56,963 nt of DNA from a virus (Duplodnaviria > Caudoviricetes): IMG/VR virus record IMGVR_UViG_3300030117_006614, positions 1 to 56,963 of that record; one strand, written 5' to 3'. Every line of letters starts with the position of its first letter. Positions within the stretch are counted from its first letter, which is position 1. A program made the translations under genes and the position numbers. Below, piece after piece: positions 18,474-27,893 of the stretch. The notes beneath the pieces are model-generated. The model searched no databases. It saw only the letters and a program-made list of their open reading frames with translations, and had not been told where the DNA came from.

Positions 18474-19430
18474 ATGTCTGAGATTTCGACCAGCCCCGAA
18501 GTAGAAGCCACTGACACCGCAGATGCGGGTTCGTCGGAGGCTGTACCTGTGGAGTCGAGTACCGCACCAGAACCGGTGCAAACCCAAACCGCAGATGCCC
18601 AAGGGAATTCTGCTTCATCACCAAACGTGGAGGCATCGCCCACCGAGAAACCCGAAACTGTTACACCACCTCCGTTTAATCTTGATTCTTGGGAAGGTAA
18701 TATCGATTTGCTGCCCGAGGATCTTCGTGGTCCTGTCCGTTATCTACACAAAAATCTAGAAAGCGGGTACACGAAGAAGTTTCAAACACTGGCAAACGAA
18801 CGTAAGCAATTTGAAGACGAGCGCCTTCGTTGGCAGACAGAGAAATCTGCCTGGGATGAAGGAAAATCTGAACTAGAGTCAGAACGCGATCTTCTTAAAC
18901 GAATTCTTGCGGGCTCAGAAGACCCTCGGGTCGGAGAGTTGACAACCGCCAACACAGAACTTCAAGCAAACATTGAAAAGCTGCAGGCTGACTATGACGC
19001 TTTTCAGAAAATGGTTGACGAAGATATTGAACAACAGGCGAAAGAATACGCAGATAACTTTGCGAACGCTCACCCTGAAATCTTTGAAGACGACGAAAAA
19101 CGGGCCCAATTTTCAAGTTTACTTGATAAAGAGTGGGAACCAGAAATCGCGGTCAAACTTGTTGGAGCCGATGAACGGGTAGCTGAAATGGCTACTCAGC
19201 TACGAGAACAAGGTGCTTCGCATAATCTTGCTTTTGAACATGCTCTACTAAAAGTGGGCACCTCGAAAGCAAGGCCAGCGCCTCGTCCCGGAGCGAAACT
19301 AACTGCCGGTGCTGAAAGCAAGAACAATCCCGAAAGTACCGTCGGAGACACTCTCCCTCGAACATCGAAAGATGCTCGATTTAACGCTGCCCGTGCCGCC
19401 GTTAATTGGCGAAAAGGGCAGGGTCTTTAA
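18474..19430 (+). CDS. Capsid scaffolding protein
   Basis: Acidic disordered N-terminus, GYTKKFQTLA, long coiled coil, immediately upstream of MCP. Ends RFNAARAAVNWRKGQGL. Confidence 0.85.
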   Translation: MSEISTSPEVEATDTADAGSSEAVPVESSTAPEPVQTQTADAQGNSASSPNVEASPTEKPETVTPPPFNLDSWEGNIDLLPEDLRGPVRYLHKNLESGYTKKFQTLANERKQFEDERLRWQTEKSAWDEGKSELESERDLLKRILAGSEDPRVGELTTANTELQANIEKLQADYDAFQKMVDEDIEQQAKEYADNFANAHPEIFEDDEKRAQFSSLLDKEWEPEIAVKLVGADERVAEMATQLREQGASHNLAFEHALLKVGTSKARPAPRPGAKLTAGAESKNNPESTVGDTLPRTSKDARFNAARAAVNWRKGQGL

Positions 19431-19452
19431 ACCCTCTCCATAGGAAAATACA

Positions 19453-20565
19453 ATGCCTACAAGCGCAGATGTACTCAATTTTGCGGTAAAGAAACTAACT
19501 CCGCAGTGGCAAGAACAATTTTATCAGCACCACCCTGTTTTGGATAAGATCATCCTAAACGGAAACATTGATAAAGCACATACTGGTGCTCCATTCTTGG
19601 AATTCCCAGTTGTCACAAACGGTCCTGGTCAAGTGACTCGGATTGAAACCGGTTCTGAAGTCTACTCTTCGGTTCGTCGTACAGTCGGTAACCGTGGTCA
19701 GGTCTACTGCCCTCGGATGATCTACTCTTTCGTCATTCCCGGTAAGGATCTCGCGGAAGCTTCTGGTGAGACTGCAATCGCACGTCTTCTCAAGGTTTAC
19801 CCCGAAGCTGCTATCATGGAATTCCATGAGCACATTGTTTCACAATTTGTGAATGGTAACGGCGCTGATAACAACGTCCAAGGTTTCGTAACCCTGAACG
19901 GAAACAGCACCTACAACCCAGCAGGCTCAGACCTTACGGGTGTTTTTCAGTATGATACTATTGCGGATCAGGGCGATACGGTTTTCAACTTGACCAAAAG
20001 CGGTGCTGCTAGTGGCGCTGTTGCAGGTTGGCACAACCAATACGCAATAAGTTCTGCAGGCAATCTTCGTGAAAACTTGCGCGATGTGTACTGGCGAGCG
20101 TCAGTGGAAGGTAAGCAAGGCGGTCCCGTTGATTTGATGTTGTGTGATATTATCACCTTCAACAAATACTATGAGGATCTGGATGCGCAGGTTCGTTACG
20201 CAACTTCGTTCAAGGGTGAAACCGGAAAGCGCGGTGCGTCACGTCAGGGTCTGATGTTCCAAGAAGCGGAGTTCTATGTAGAACCTTCTCTTGATACCTC
20301 ATTGGCCTCTTTCGGTACTGACGATAAGGGTCCACGGAAGGCAGATAGTTCTTCTTGTGGTGTAACTTATATGCTCAAGACTGATACTTGGCACATGTAC
20401 ACGCTTGGTGAAGATTCCGGTATGGAAACCAAGGGTGACTTTGCAATCCGCGGACCTGTAAAGGTTCCTGGCCAAGATGCTTGGGAATGGGAAATCGTCC
20501 TGTCCATGCAGCTTTACTGTGATCGCCTCAACGCTAACGGCGTTGTTACTCAAACCGCACTTTAA
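19453..20565 (+). CDS. Major capsid protein (HK97 fold)
   Basis: 370 aa after the scaffold, strong RBS, strongly biased codon usage, capsid-like C-terminus (LYCDRLNANGVV). Confidence 0.85.
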   Translation: MPTSADVLNFAVKKLTPQWQEQFYQHHPVLDKIILNGNIDKAHTGAPFLEFPVVTNGPGQVTRIETGSEVYSSVRRTVGNRGQVYCPRMIYSFVIPGKDLAEASGETAIARLLKVYPEAAIMEFHEHIVSQFVNGNGADNNVQGFVTLNGNSTYNPAGSDLTGVFQYDTIADQGDTVFNLTKSGAASGAVAGWHNQYAISSAGNLRENLRDVYWRASVEGKQGGPVDLMLCDIITFNKYYEDLDAQVRYATSFKGETGKRGASRQGLMFQEAEFYVEPSLDTSLASFGTDDKGPRKADSSSCGVTYMLKTDTWHMYTLGEDSGMETKGDFAIRGPVKVPGQDAWEWEIVLSMQLYCDRLNANGVVTQTAL

Positions 20566-20582
20566 GACATAGGAGAAATATC

Positions 20583-21080
20583 ATGTCTGCAACTCGTACT
20601 ATGGGTATCAACGTCACTGATGTTGATACTGAAGCTAAACTGCCACTAGGTTTTGTTTATCGTCAACCCGCTGCGGGAGATAACCTTGGGGAAAAGCACT
20701 GGATCTACGTCTTCAATGACGATGGCAGTTCTTTTGTCCAGGGAACCATTGTTGCCCGTGACGCAGCTACCTCAACGACAGATGCAATTATTGCCCCTGT
20801 CGATACCAACCCGATGCGAGTCCTTGGCGTAGCCCAGCATACGATTGCTGCTGGTTCCTACGGTTTTGTTCTCTCAAAAGGTATTGGCGAAGTCCTTGCC
20901 GGAACCGAAACCATCGACGCTAGTGAAGTTGTCGCGGTTTCTGCTGCCGTAGCAGGTAGGGGAATGGAAGGTGGCTCGATTGCAGCAGACGCTCACGAAG
21001 CGTGTGTTATCGGCTACTCTACAGAAGATGCAGCTTCTGGCGCTTTGGCGACTTGCTACATCAACTGCCTTGGCGCGTAG
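20583..21080 (+). CDS. Capsid decoration/cement protein (beta-clip, DUF2190-like)
   Basis: 165 aa, Ala/Gly-rich, after MCP. Motifs WIYV, VLGVAQHTIAAGSYGFV, VIGYSTEDAASG. Confidence 0.7.
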   Translation: MSATRTMGINVTDVDTEAKLPLGFVYRQPAAGDNLGEKHWIYVFNDDGSSFVQGTIVARDAATSTTDAIIAPVDTNPMRVLGVAQHTIAAGSYGFVLSKGIGEVLAGTETIDASEVVAVSAAVAGRGMEGGSIAADAHEACVIGYSTEDAASGALATCYINCLGA

Positions 21081-21083
21081 TAA

Positions 21084-22685
21084 ATGAACAAGGGTGAAAT
21101 CCGCACCCGAATTCTTGAACAGGTGGACTGGCAACCTGACCAGTCCACCGCGTTCAAGGATAAGGTTGATCGTCTGATCAATAGGGCCTACCAGCAACTT
21201 TCGCTGGAGGCCCCTTACTTGTTTTTTGAAGACAAAGAAGTTTTCATCACAGAAGCAGATATTGATTCTGGGAGTAGCACTGCTGATCGCCTTTCAGTAG
21301 CAACAGAAACAGTTACAAAAAAGGATGGAAGCACTTACACGCACACTGAAGACTATGTGCTTGTTCGAACCTATACGACCACAGACACAGGCGTTAGTGC
21401 TTGGCCAAGCATCGGGGATTCACCCGAATACTCCCAACTGGGCGGGCGAATGATCGAATTGACCCTCTCTGATGGGACAATTCAACGTAGGGAAATTCTC
21501 AGTTCGTGGAAAGACGTGTCAGCTTCCCCTACCATCAAAGAATATATTGCAGTTACCTCCGAAATGAAGGGAACCGCGACAGACATGACATACCGCATTT
21601 ACACTCCTGCGTATGGCCTTTCAGCCGACGTAGTAGAGTTACGTTCTGCGCGTATTTGGGATGACCGACATTCAGAATTAGAAATCGAAACGCAATACGA
21701 CATGGAGCGTTACGATTATGTAGACCATCGTGGGCAACAGTCTGGAAGACCTCAAAGCCTCTTTCGCGGCCCACACAAACAAATTGATGCTCCAACTCGG
21801 GCCCCAGAGGTTCGAGTAACAACCGAGACTGCAAACGATTCAAGCGCTTGGCTTGGCCCGATGCCCCGTGGGACTTTCGAGTTTTGTTATACATGGACTG
21901 TGGGACTCTTAGACGACAGTGTGCACAGTCCGCATGGAACAAACTTGGAAAAACCCCGCTGGGAAAGTGCTCCATCACCCATTAGTGCCCCCATATCAGT
22001 TTTAAGTAGTACAGATTACATAGAATACAGGATTCCCAATCCAAACACTCTATTAGACTTCGGGTATCTGCGAATGACCAATCCCGACACAGAATTCACC
22101 GCAGGCGGTAAGATTTTACGAGACGCGCTTCGCACAGGTAGGTGCGGTATTGGGAGCCGAGTATATATTCGACGAACCGGAACTATGCCCACAACTGTTG
22201 GGCCATCGGGTGCTAGAACCGTTCTCAACGACAACGTGGAAGAACAAAAAGCTTTTCACCTTTTAAAAGACGGCACCGACCATGGCGCAGACTCTCTATT
22301 CGACTCCTACAGAGGCGCGACACCCGACTATTTTGAAAGGCTAAAAGAGACGCACGGATACCAAACTGTCCGCCTCAACCCATTACCGGATGCTCGGTAC
22401 GAGATCGAATGTCGAGTCTTACGTCGGCCAGCGAAACTGCTAAACGATACCGATGCCCCAAGAATCCATGAAGAAGCAGTCCAGGCTCTCATAGAAAAAT
22501 GTTTAATCTACTTCTATGAGTTGCAGGGCAGCATGGAATTATCCCAAAATGCGGAGCGTCGATACGCAGACACGCTCCGCACACTAACCAAGCGATACGC
22601 GATGTTACCTCGAATACGGCCAAGCAAAAAGTTTGCTCGGGTTCGTAGACCCATACGAGAAGTGCGCGTTCGTTTTAAGGAGTAA
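21084..22685 (+). CDS. Head-tail adaptor (tail tubular A-like) with large insertion
   Basis: N-terminus (EIRTRILEQ...LINRAYQQL) and C-terminus (LNPLPD...LLNDTDAPRIHEE...ALIE) match podovirus adaptors. 533 aa is unusually long. Confidence 0.7.
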   Translation: MNKGEIRTRILEQVDWQPDQSTAFKDKVDRLINRAYQQLSLEAPYLFFEDKEVFITEADIDSGSSTADRLSVATETVTKKDGSTYTHTEDYVLVRTYTTTDTGVSAWPSIGDSPEYSQLGGRMIELTLSDGTIQRREILSSWKDVSASPTIKEYIAVTSEMKGTATDMTYRIYTPAYGLSADVVELRSARIWDDRHSELEIETQYDMERYDYVDHRGQQSGRPQSLFRGPHKQIDAPTRAPEVRVTTETANDSSAWLGPMPRGTFEFCYTWTVGLLDDSVHSPHGTNLEKPRWESAPSPISAPISVLSSTDYIEYRIPNPNTLLDFGYLRMTNPDTEFTAGGKILRDALRTGRCGIGSRVYIRRTGTMPTTVGPSGARTVLNDNVEEQKAFHLLKDGTDHGADSLFDSYRGATPDYFERLKETHGYQTVRLNPLPDARYEIECRVLRRPAKLLNDTDAPRIHEEAVQALIEKCLIYFYELQGSMELSQNAERRYADTLRTLTKRYAMLPRIRPSKKFARVRRPIREVRVRFKE

Positions 22686-22688
22686 AAT

Positions 22689-23225
22689 ATGCCTAGTGTT
22701 GTTTTTCCAGCACCAGACCCCTCTGCAATTTACTGGCGCAGAGAAAAAGAAAACGGCCAATTCGAAGTGGCCTCAGTCCAATCACTACAAAGATACGCCA
22801 GCGGTAGTTGGCGTGCGCTGTTTTTGGTTCCGGGGCAGGCAGCTTTCTATATCAATCAGCACAGCCCAGAACTGCAGGGCTGGGAGCCCGTGTTTGCTTT
22901 GACGGAAGATAATCTGTCTGCTGTAGTAGAACGTGTAGCCCAACGGGTTGCAGAGTTGCTGACAGAAACCGGTTCAAGCGCTTCAGAAGTTGTAGAAAAA
23001 GCGATGGAAGTCGTTGCCAAAGACACTGTAGAAGAGGCGGTGCAAACGGCTGTGGGTGCTACACAGCCCGAAGAAGATGATGGTAATGGTGATTTCTTTG
23101 TAGATAGCAACTACCAAAAAAAGAAGAAAAAGTTTGTCTGTGGTGTATGTGGTAAAAAATACGCCTACCAAAAATCCCTACAAAAGCACATTGAAAAAGA
23201 ACATGGAATGTTGGCGTTAAAGTAA
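22689..23225 (+). CDS. Protein with C-terminal classical C2H2 zinc finger
   Basis: FVCGVCGKKYAYQKSLQKHIEKEH fits F-x-C-x2-C-x3-Y-x5-L-x2-H-x4-H. Confidence 0.8.
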   Translation: MPSVVFPAPDPSAIYWRREKENGQFEVASVQSLQRYASGSWRALFLVPGQAAFYINQHSPELQGWEPVFALTEDNLSAVVERVAQRVAELLTETGSSASEVVEKAMEVVAKDTVEEAVQTAVGATQPEEDDGNGDFFVDSNYQKKKKKFVCGVCGKKYAYQKSLQKHIEKEHGMLALK

Positions 23226-23249
23226 GGCTATTTATGTGGGAGTCTTGCG

Positions 23250-25472
23250 ATGGCAGACCAAACAACGCGGTTTACAACAGACCCGCTCGTCCTTCGGGCA
23301 GCTTCTGGTAAACTCATACTACCGGCAGACGTAGCCGCTAGAATCAGTAATTTTGAAGCAACTAGTGAAGGGTCACTAAGAACTTGCCGACGACCAAGCC
23401 CCCTTTTTCGTACAACAAGTACAGATACTTATGGTTCAACTTTTTACGGGATCTTTCACGGCCGCTTAGAGAATAGTCGATACAACTCTGACGTACTGCT
23501 TTTACACGATTCTAATGGGCTACACGCATATCATGGGTGGTATTCGGAAACAGATCCTTGGCATACTTTAGTATCCTCTACCGGCACAGCGCCCATTACA
23601 GCGTCTATAGGTTCGACGACTACCCCACAATTTCCAACACAGTTCGCACTCACAGACCGGGGCATTGTGATTGCACCGCAAAACGATAGCAGAGCCTATT
23701 TTTATGATGGAGAAACTATTCTCCCTTTGGGCTATAGCCATGCGCCCGCACCGCCTATCGGTCTTGGCCCTGAAACCAGGAAAGCTGAAGAACCCAACAA
23801 CCACGGGTACAATGTTGGTCGTTCTGATCTTCGAGAAGAATACACCCTAAATAAAGACTTTGGCTATGGACGGCTGGGTACAGCTAATCCGTGGATTCTG
23901 CCCGAAGACACGTTTGGGGGCCAATTACTGTTGGGTGCGTACCAGGGGGCTGTACAATGGGTTGATTATTTCGGTAACTTTTCTCCCATTTCCCCCCGCT
24001 CGAATGAAATTACATTCGCCAGCCAAAAAATAACGGGCAAACAGTCTGATGTATTGTTGAAAGCGGTATTCTGGAACGGGATTGATAAAGGTCCAGAGGG
24101 TACGGTGGCTCGAAGGCTATTGCGTACTCGCGATTTAAGAAACTCTGGAACAAGTGAGTTGTTCATTGTTCCTGGTAATGTTGGATTCGGTACAATATCT
24201 GCCGATGCCAACATGCCTGATAATATCAGCACGTCTTGGTCTGATAACTGTCCCGATGCTTGGCTTGTTGCGCCCACTTTTGACGTTCGCCCCGTACCCA
24301 ACTTCAAACTGTGTCGATACGCTCTTGGCCGCTTGTGGATTGCCAACACGTCTACACATTCGGCAGAAGTAGTCCCATCCCTCCCTGGGCGGTACGGCAC
24401 TTTCTTAAAAGGTACGAGCATTTTTCCCGATCCGACAGGTGGAGAAATTACGGGTCTGTGGAACAGTAACGGCGGGCTTCTGGTTTTTACTAAATCGTCA
24501 GTGTTTATCGTTACGCCAAACGATGCAGGAGACTCTTTCCGTGCGTCTGCCCTAAGTTCTGATATTGGGTGCGTTGGCCCAGGAACGTTCGCTAACATGC
24601 CTGACGGTTCGACTATTTGGCTAGGTCGCGGGGGTTTTTATCAGATGACCTCGCAAGGTATCACACGCATTAGCGGTGAAATCCAACGTAAGATTGATCG
24701 AATTAACTGGCTACGGGCGAAGGGTGCATGTGCTCTTTTTGATCCCACAACCCAAGAATATCGTTGTTGGCTCCCCATGGACGCAAGCAAAGAGAACAAC
24801 GTCTGCCTTATTTACGATGGGTCTGGGTGGAGACAACGTAACGGGGAAGACTACGCAGATGTTTGCGTTACTCAAGACGATCGAAAGTATCTTTTCGGAG
24901 CAGGGTCTGTAGAAGCTGTTGAATCGAGAAATTACAGGCCTGGGGGCCAGTCAACCCTCAGTGCTGTAGACAAAACAGCAAAAGGTGTTTTTGTCATAGA
25001 CCGGGGAGCAAATCCTGAGTACCAACATTTAAGTGGTACCCACACACATACAATCGCTGATACACGTAAACAGGCTCTTATTGAGACAAGCTGGATAGAT
25101 TGGGGTCGCTCTAAAGATCGCCGGTCAGTAAAAACAGTTTATTTTGCGTTGAGAGAAAGTGCATCGAGTGTAGCAGACGTTTTGGTTTACCGAGATTGGC
25201 GAAAAACGAAAGTTTATGAGGCCAACGTCACGCTGTATTCTCCAGAAGATCCGCCCGTGTTCTTCAGCGACCCGAGCATTGTAGACGACGATCGCTTGCT
25301 CGGAAAGGGTGTTTGGAATCGTAGAAGACCTTATTGGGTCCGCGTTGACATAGATGCACCCAGTTGCGAGGTATATAAAATTGTTCTCTACGCAGACAAG
25401 CCAATAGAATTTCTTGGTATGGTTATTGATGAAGAACCTAAGCCCGGTAGCTTTGGAGCGCGAATACCCTAA
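23250..25472 (+). CDS. Tail nozzle / tubular B (P22 gp10-like) protein
   Basis: 740 aa, beta-rich. EITGL...LLVFTKSSVF, DIGCVGP, IWLGRGGFY, RISGEIQ are typical of podovirus nozzle proteins. Confidence 0.8.
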   Translation: MADQTTRFTTDPLVLRAASGKLILPADVAARISNFEATSEGSLRTCRRPSPLFRTTSTDTYGSTFYGIFHGRLENSRYNSDVLLLHDSNGLHAYHGWYSETDPWHTLVSSTGTAPITASIGSTTTPQFPTQFALTDRGIVIAPQNDSRAYFYDGETILPLGYSHAPAPPIGLGPETRKAEEPNNHGYNVGRSDLREEYTLNKDFGYGRLGTANPWILPEDTFGGQLLLGAYQGAVQWVDYFGNFSPISPRSNEITFASQKITGKQSDVLLKAVFWNGIDKGPEGTVARRLLRTRDLRNSGTSELFIVPGNVGFGTISADANMPDNISTSWSDNCPDAWLVAPTFDVRPVPNFKLCRYALGRLWIANTSTHSAEVVPSLPGRYGTFLKGTSIFPDPTGGEITGLWNSNGGLLVFTKSSVFIVTPNDAGDSFRASALSSDIGCVGPGTFANMPDGSTIWLGRGGFYQMTSQGITRISGEIQRKIDRINWLRAKGACALFDPTTQEYRCWLPMDASKENNVCLIYDGSGWRQRNGEDYADVCVTQDDRKYLFGAGSVEAVESRNYRPGGQSTLSAVDKTAKGVFVIDRGANPEYQHLSGTHTHTIADTRKQALIETSWIDWGRSKDRRSVKTVYFALRESASSVADVLVYRDWRKTKVYEANVTLYSPEDPPVFFSDPSIVDDDRLLGKGVWNRRRPYWVRVDIDAPSCEVYKIVLYADKPIEFLGMVIDEEPKPGSFGARIP

Positions 25473-26155
25473 TGCCTACGATATACCCAAAACACAGTTT
25501 TAGAGCGCTAGAAGCTGTAGACGTAGATCATGTAAATGAAAACCTACGAGAAGTAGTTTCAGCGGTACAAGGAAACCTTGGAGAGCAGAATTGGTCAAAA
25601 GACAGTTTTGTAAACGACGACCTATCTGCTAACGCTTTGGGTCGCGTCCACAATAGATACGCAGAAGTCGCACGTACTTTTAATGGAGCCTCCGCAGCAA
25701 AAAGGAACGCTTACCACCCATTATTAGGGTACGAAGGGTTTTATAGGTGGACGAAAATACCCACAGACCGTAGGTGGTATACGATTGCTGAGTTAGAAAT
25801 AACAACCCGCGATTGTATGCTATGGCTAATCGCCTCTTGGCAACAAGATTACAGGACACCGTCCTCACGGGACCAAGATTTTCCTGGGGTACAGTATTCA
25901 CTGGCAATAGATGGTACTCGAATAGCAGAAAGCACTATTGGTGGAATGGATCGGGCTAATGACACTCGCGGTGAGGCAAACGCTGTGTGGAAACACGCTT
26001 TTGCGACTGACGCTCTTATTAACGTCTCAAATGGAACACACACCATTTCGCTTCAGGGTCGAATGGTGGCTACACACGATTACGAAGCCTACGACAGTGA
26101 CACAGATTACTACATAGTAGCCACTAACGAATTGATCGCATTGGAGATGGCATAA
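25472..26155 (+). CDS. Tail fibre/spike-like protein 1
   Basis: N-terminal anchor-like segment (F...VDHVNENL...VQGNLGEQN) and beta-sandwich C-terminus (GTHTISLQGR). Confidence 0.6.
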   Translation: MPTIYPKHSFRALEAVDVDHVNENLREVVSAVQGNLGEQNWSKDSFVNDDLSANALGRVHNRYAEVARTFNGASAAKRNAYHPLLGYEGFYRWTKIPTDRRWYTIAELEITTRDCMLWLIASWQQDYRTPSSRDQDFPGVQYSLAIDGTRIAESTIGGMDRANDTRGEANAVWKHAFATDALINVSNGTHTISLQGRMVATHDYEAYDSDTDYYIVATNELIALEMA

Positions 26156-27156
26156 TGGCAGACTGGACCCCTTTCGGGGAAGGTGACAAGATACGGGGCG
26201 CGGAGATTGCATCCCAACTCAGTGCGGTGGGAACAGAGATCAACAATTTAGATGAAACTGCTATCCCAGATAAATCTCTAAACAGGGATCACTTGCCCAA
26301 TTCTACCTACTATATGGGCACAAAATCCCATACAGGAGCAGCCACAAAAATAAGTTCGTATAAATACTCTTTTCCTGGCTGGCCCACGGCGCGAATGTCG
26401 GGGACCGGTTGGGATCGAATGCCCCTTGACTTGGGCGATACGAGCGGTAGTGGGCGTGGTTGGTACAACACGCTTCCAAACAGCACTGCGTCGATTGACT
26501 TAAATTTTACTAGAGATACGGGTTTGCTTGCCCTGGCGAATGCCCATGTCTCAAAACTTAATTGGACTTACGAATCAGTACAGGGGTTTGGGGGGGGATT
26601 CGTACAGCCCAAGCTTGTCGGCGCTGCGAGCAAAGCTGGTGGAAGTAGCCCGTCTGGTACAGGTACAGCCGATATAACAGGCTCGACTAAACCTACTTTT
26701 GTGCAAGGAAATACTACACACGTATACGGGTTCTTCATGCTCGCCTTAAAAGACATGAGCGGGAATTATTACCCGGTACCTAAAACGCTTCGGTATATAG
26801 ACTCTGACACAAACACAAACAGCGATTCTGCTGCAGATAATCGTTCTGCCCGTGAAATTCCTGACGGAGAGTTTGCACCTGAAAACAGTGCGTGCAAAGC
26901 CATGCCACGCATTTATAAAGACGTACCTATTCGCTCATTTATTAGAAAGATAGATATTTTACCCCGTGAAGTAGGGGGAACTGTACCCAACGTGTTTACG
27001 CACATACAGCTTTTGGCGTGTGTTCGAGTAAACCATGCGCCCATTATTACGGGCAAACAGGGCATTGGGTATCTATGGGTAAGAGAAACCCGCGTTACAG
27101 GTCTGACCCCAAAATTAGGTTTGGGTAATAATTACTACTTCTCTTTAGACGGATAA
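26155..27156 (+). CDS. Tail fibre/spike-like protein 2
   Basis: N-terminus FGEGDKIRGAEIASQL...INNLDETAI, anchor-like. TAATG-coupled. Confidence 0.6.
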   Translation: MADWTPFGEGDKIRGAEIASQLSAVGTEINNLDETAIPDKSLNRDHLPNSTYYMGTKSHTGAATKISSYKYSFPGWPTARMSGTGWDRMPLDLGDTSGSGRGWYNTLPNSTASIDLNFTRDTGLLALANAHVSKLNWTYESVQGFGGGFVQPKLVGAASKAGGSSPSGTGTADITGSTKPTFVQGNTTHVYGFFMLALKDMSGNYYPVPKTLRYIDSDTNTNSDSAADNRSAREIPDGEFAPENSACKAMPRIYKDVPIRSFIRKIDILPREVGGTVPNVFTHIQLLACVRVNHAPIITGKQGIGYLWVRETRVTGLTPKLGLGNNYYFSLDG

Positions 27157-27161
27157 TACTA

Positions 27162-27884
27162 ATGGCGGACATTAACATCTATTCTGCATCTGATTTCCCA
27201 GACGGAGAGCCTGTACCGGCTGAAAAATTTGACTCGTTGTGGGGGCATCACCCAGGTAATGTTTCACATATAGTAATAAATGGTGGATTAGATGCTGCGA
27301 ACAAAAAAAGCGGCATAAACATCACCAGTGACAAAATCCGACCTAGAACCGCTATTTTTGGGAAAATGGAGGGGTTGACCGGTAACTTTGATTTTCACGG
27401 AGATAAAGTCTTTGCCAAAGACCATACAAACAAAGAAGCGTACATTCCCCTACCTGGGGCAGCTATCAGTTTTTACGTGCCGCCAGATGTGCCCACACAC
27501 CTGATTATTACTTGGACCGTTTTTGGGGCCAACGCTACAATGTTTGAAAAACTGGAGTCCGAAGAAAAGCTTACCCGTATGAAGTTTTTCATTAACGGGA
27601 CCAGCACTGAGGGCACGCGGGTAGTACCGTCTTCCCGTCATGGGCACAATGGTTACGACCCTGAAGCAGATGAGGTTGGTGTTGAAGCCAAACCACACCG
27701 CGCTTGGCGCCGCCCACACCGAGATAGGGTTTGGTCGGGACACTACGCAACGGGTTTTGATCCGGTAAATTGGTCGGGTACTCCCGTTAAAGCTGGTTGG
27801 AACCATGCTTGGATTGGCGTGCATAATGAAGAACAAACTGCTAGATTCCGTGTACGAAACATGAAAGCAATTTGGTTTTATTAG
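27162..27884 (+). CDS. Tail fibre/spike-like protein 3
   Basis: N-terminus FPDGEPVPAEKF...INGGLDAAN, anchor-like. Confidence 0.6.
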   Translation: MADINIYSASDFPDGEPVPAEKFDSLWGHHPGNVSHIVINGGLDAANKKSGINITSDKIRPRTAIFGKMEGLTGNFDFHGDKVFAKDHTNKEAYIPLPGAAISFYVPPDVPTHLIITWTVFGANATMFEKLESEEKLTRMKFFINGTSTEGTRVVPSSRHGHNGYDPEADEVGVEAKPHRAWRRPHRDRVWSGHYATGFDPVNWSGTPVKAGWNHAWIGVHNEEQTARFRVRNMKAIWFY

Positions 27885-27893
27885 GAGTTACTG

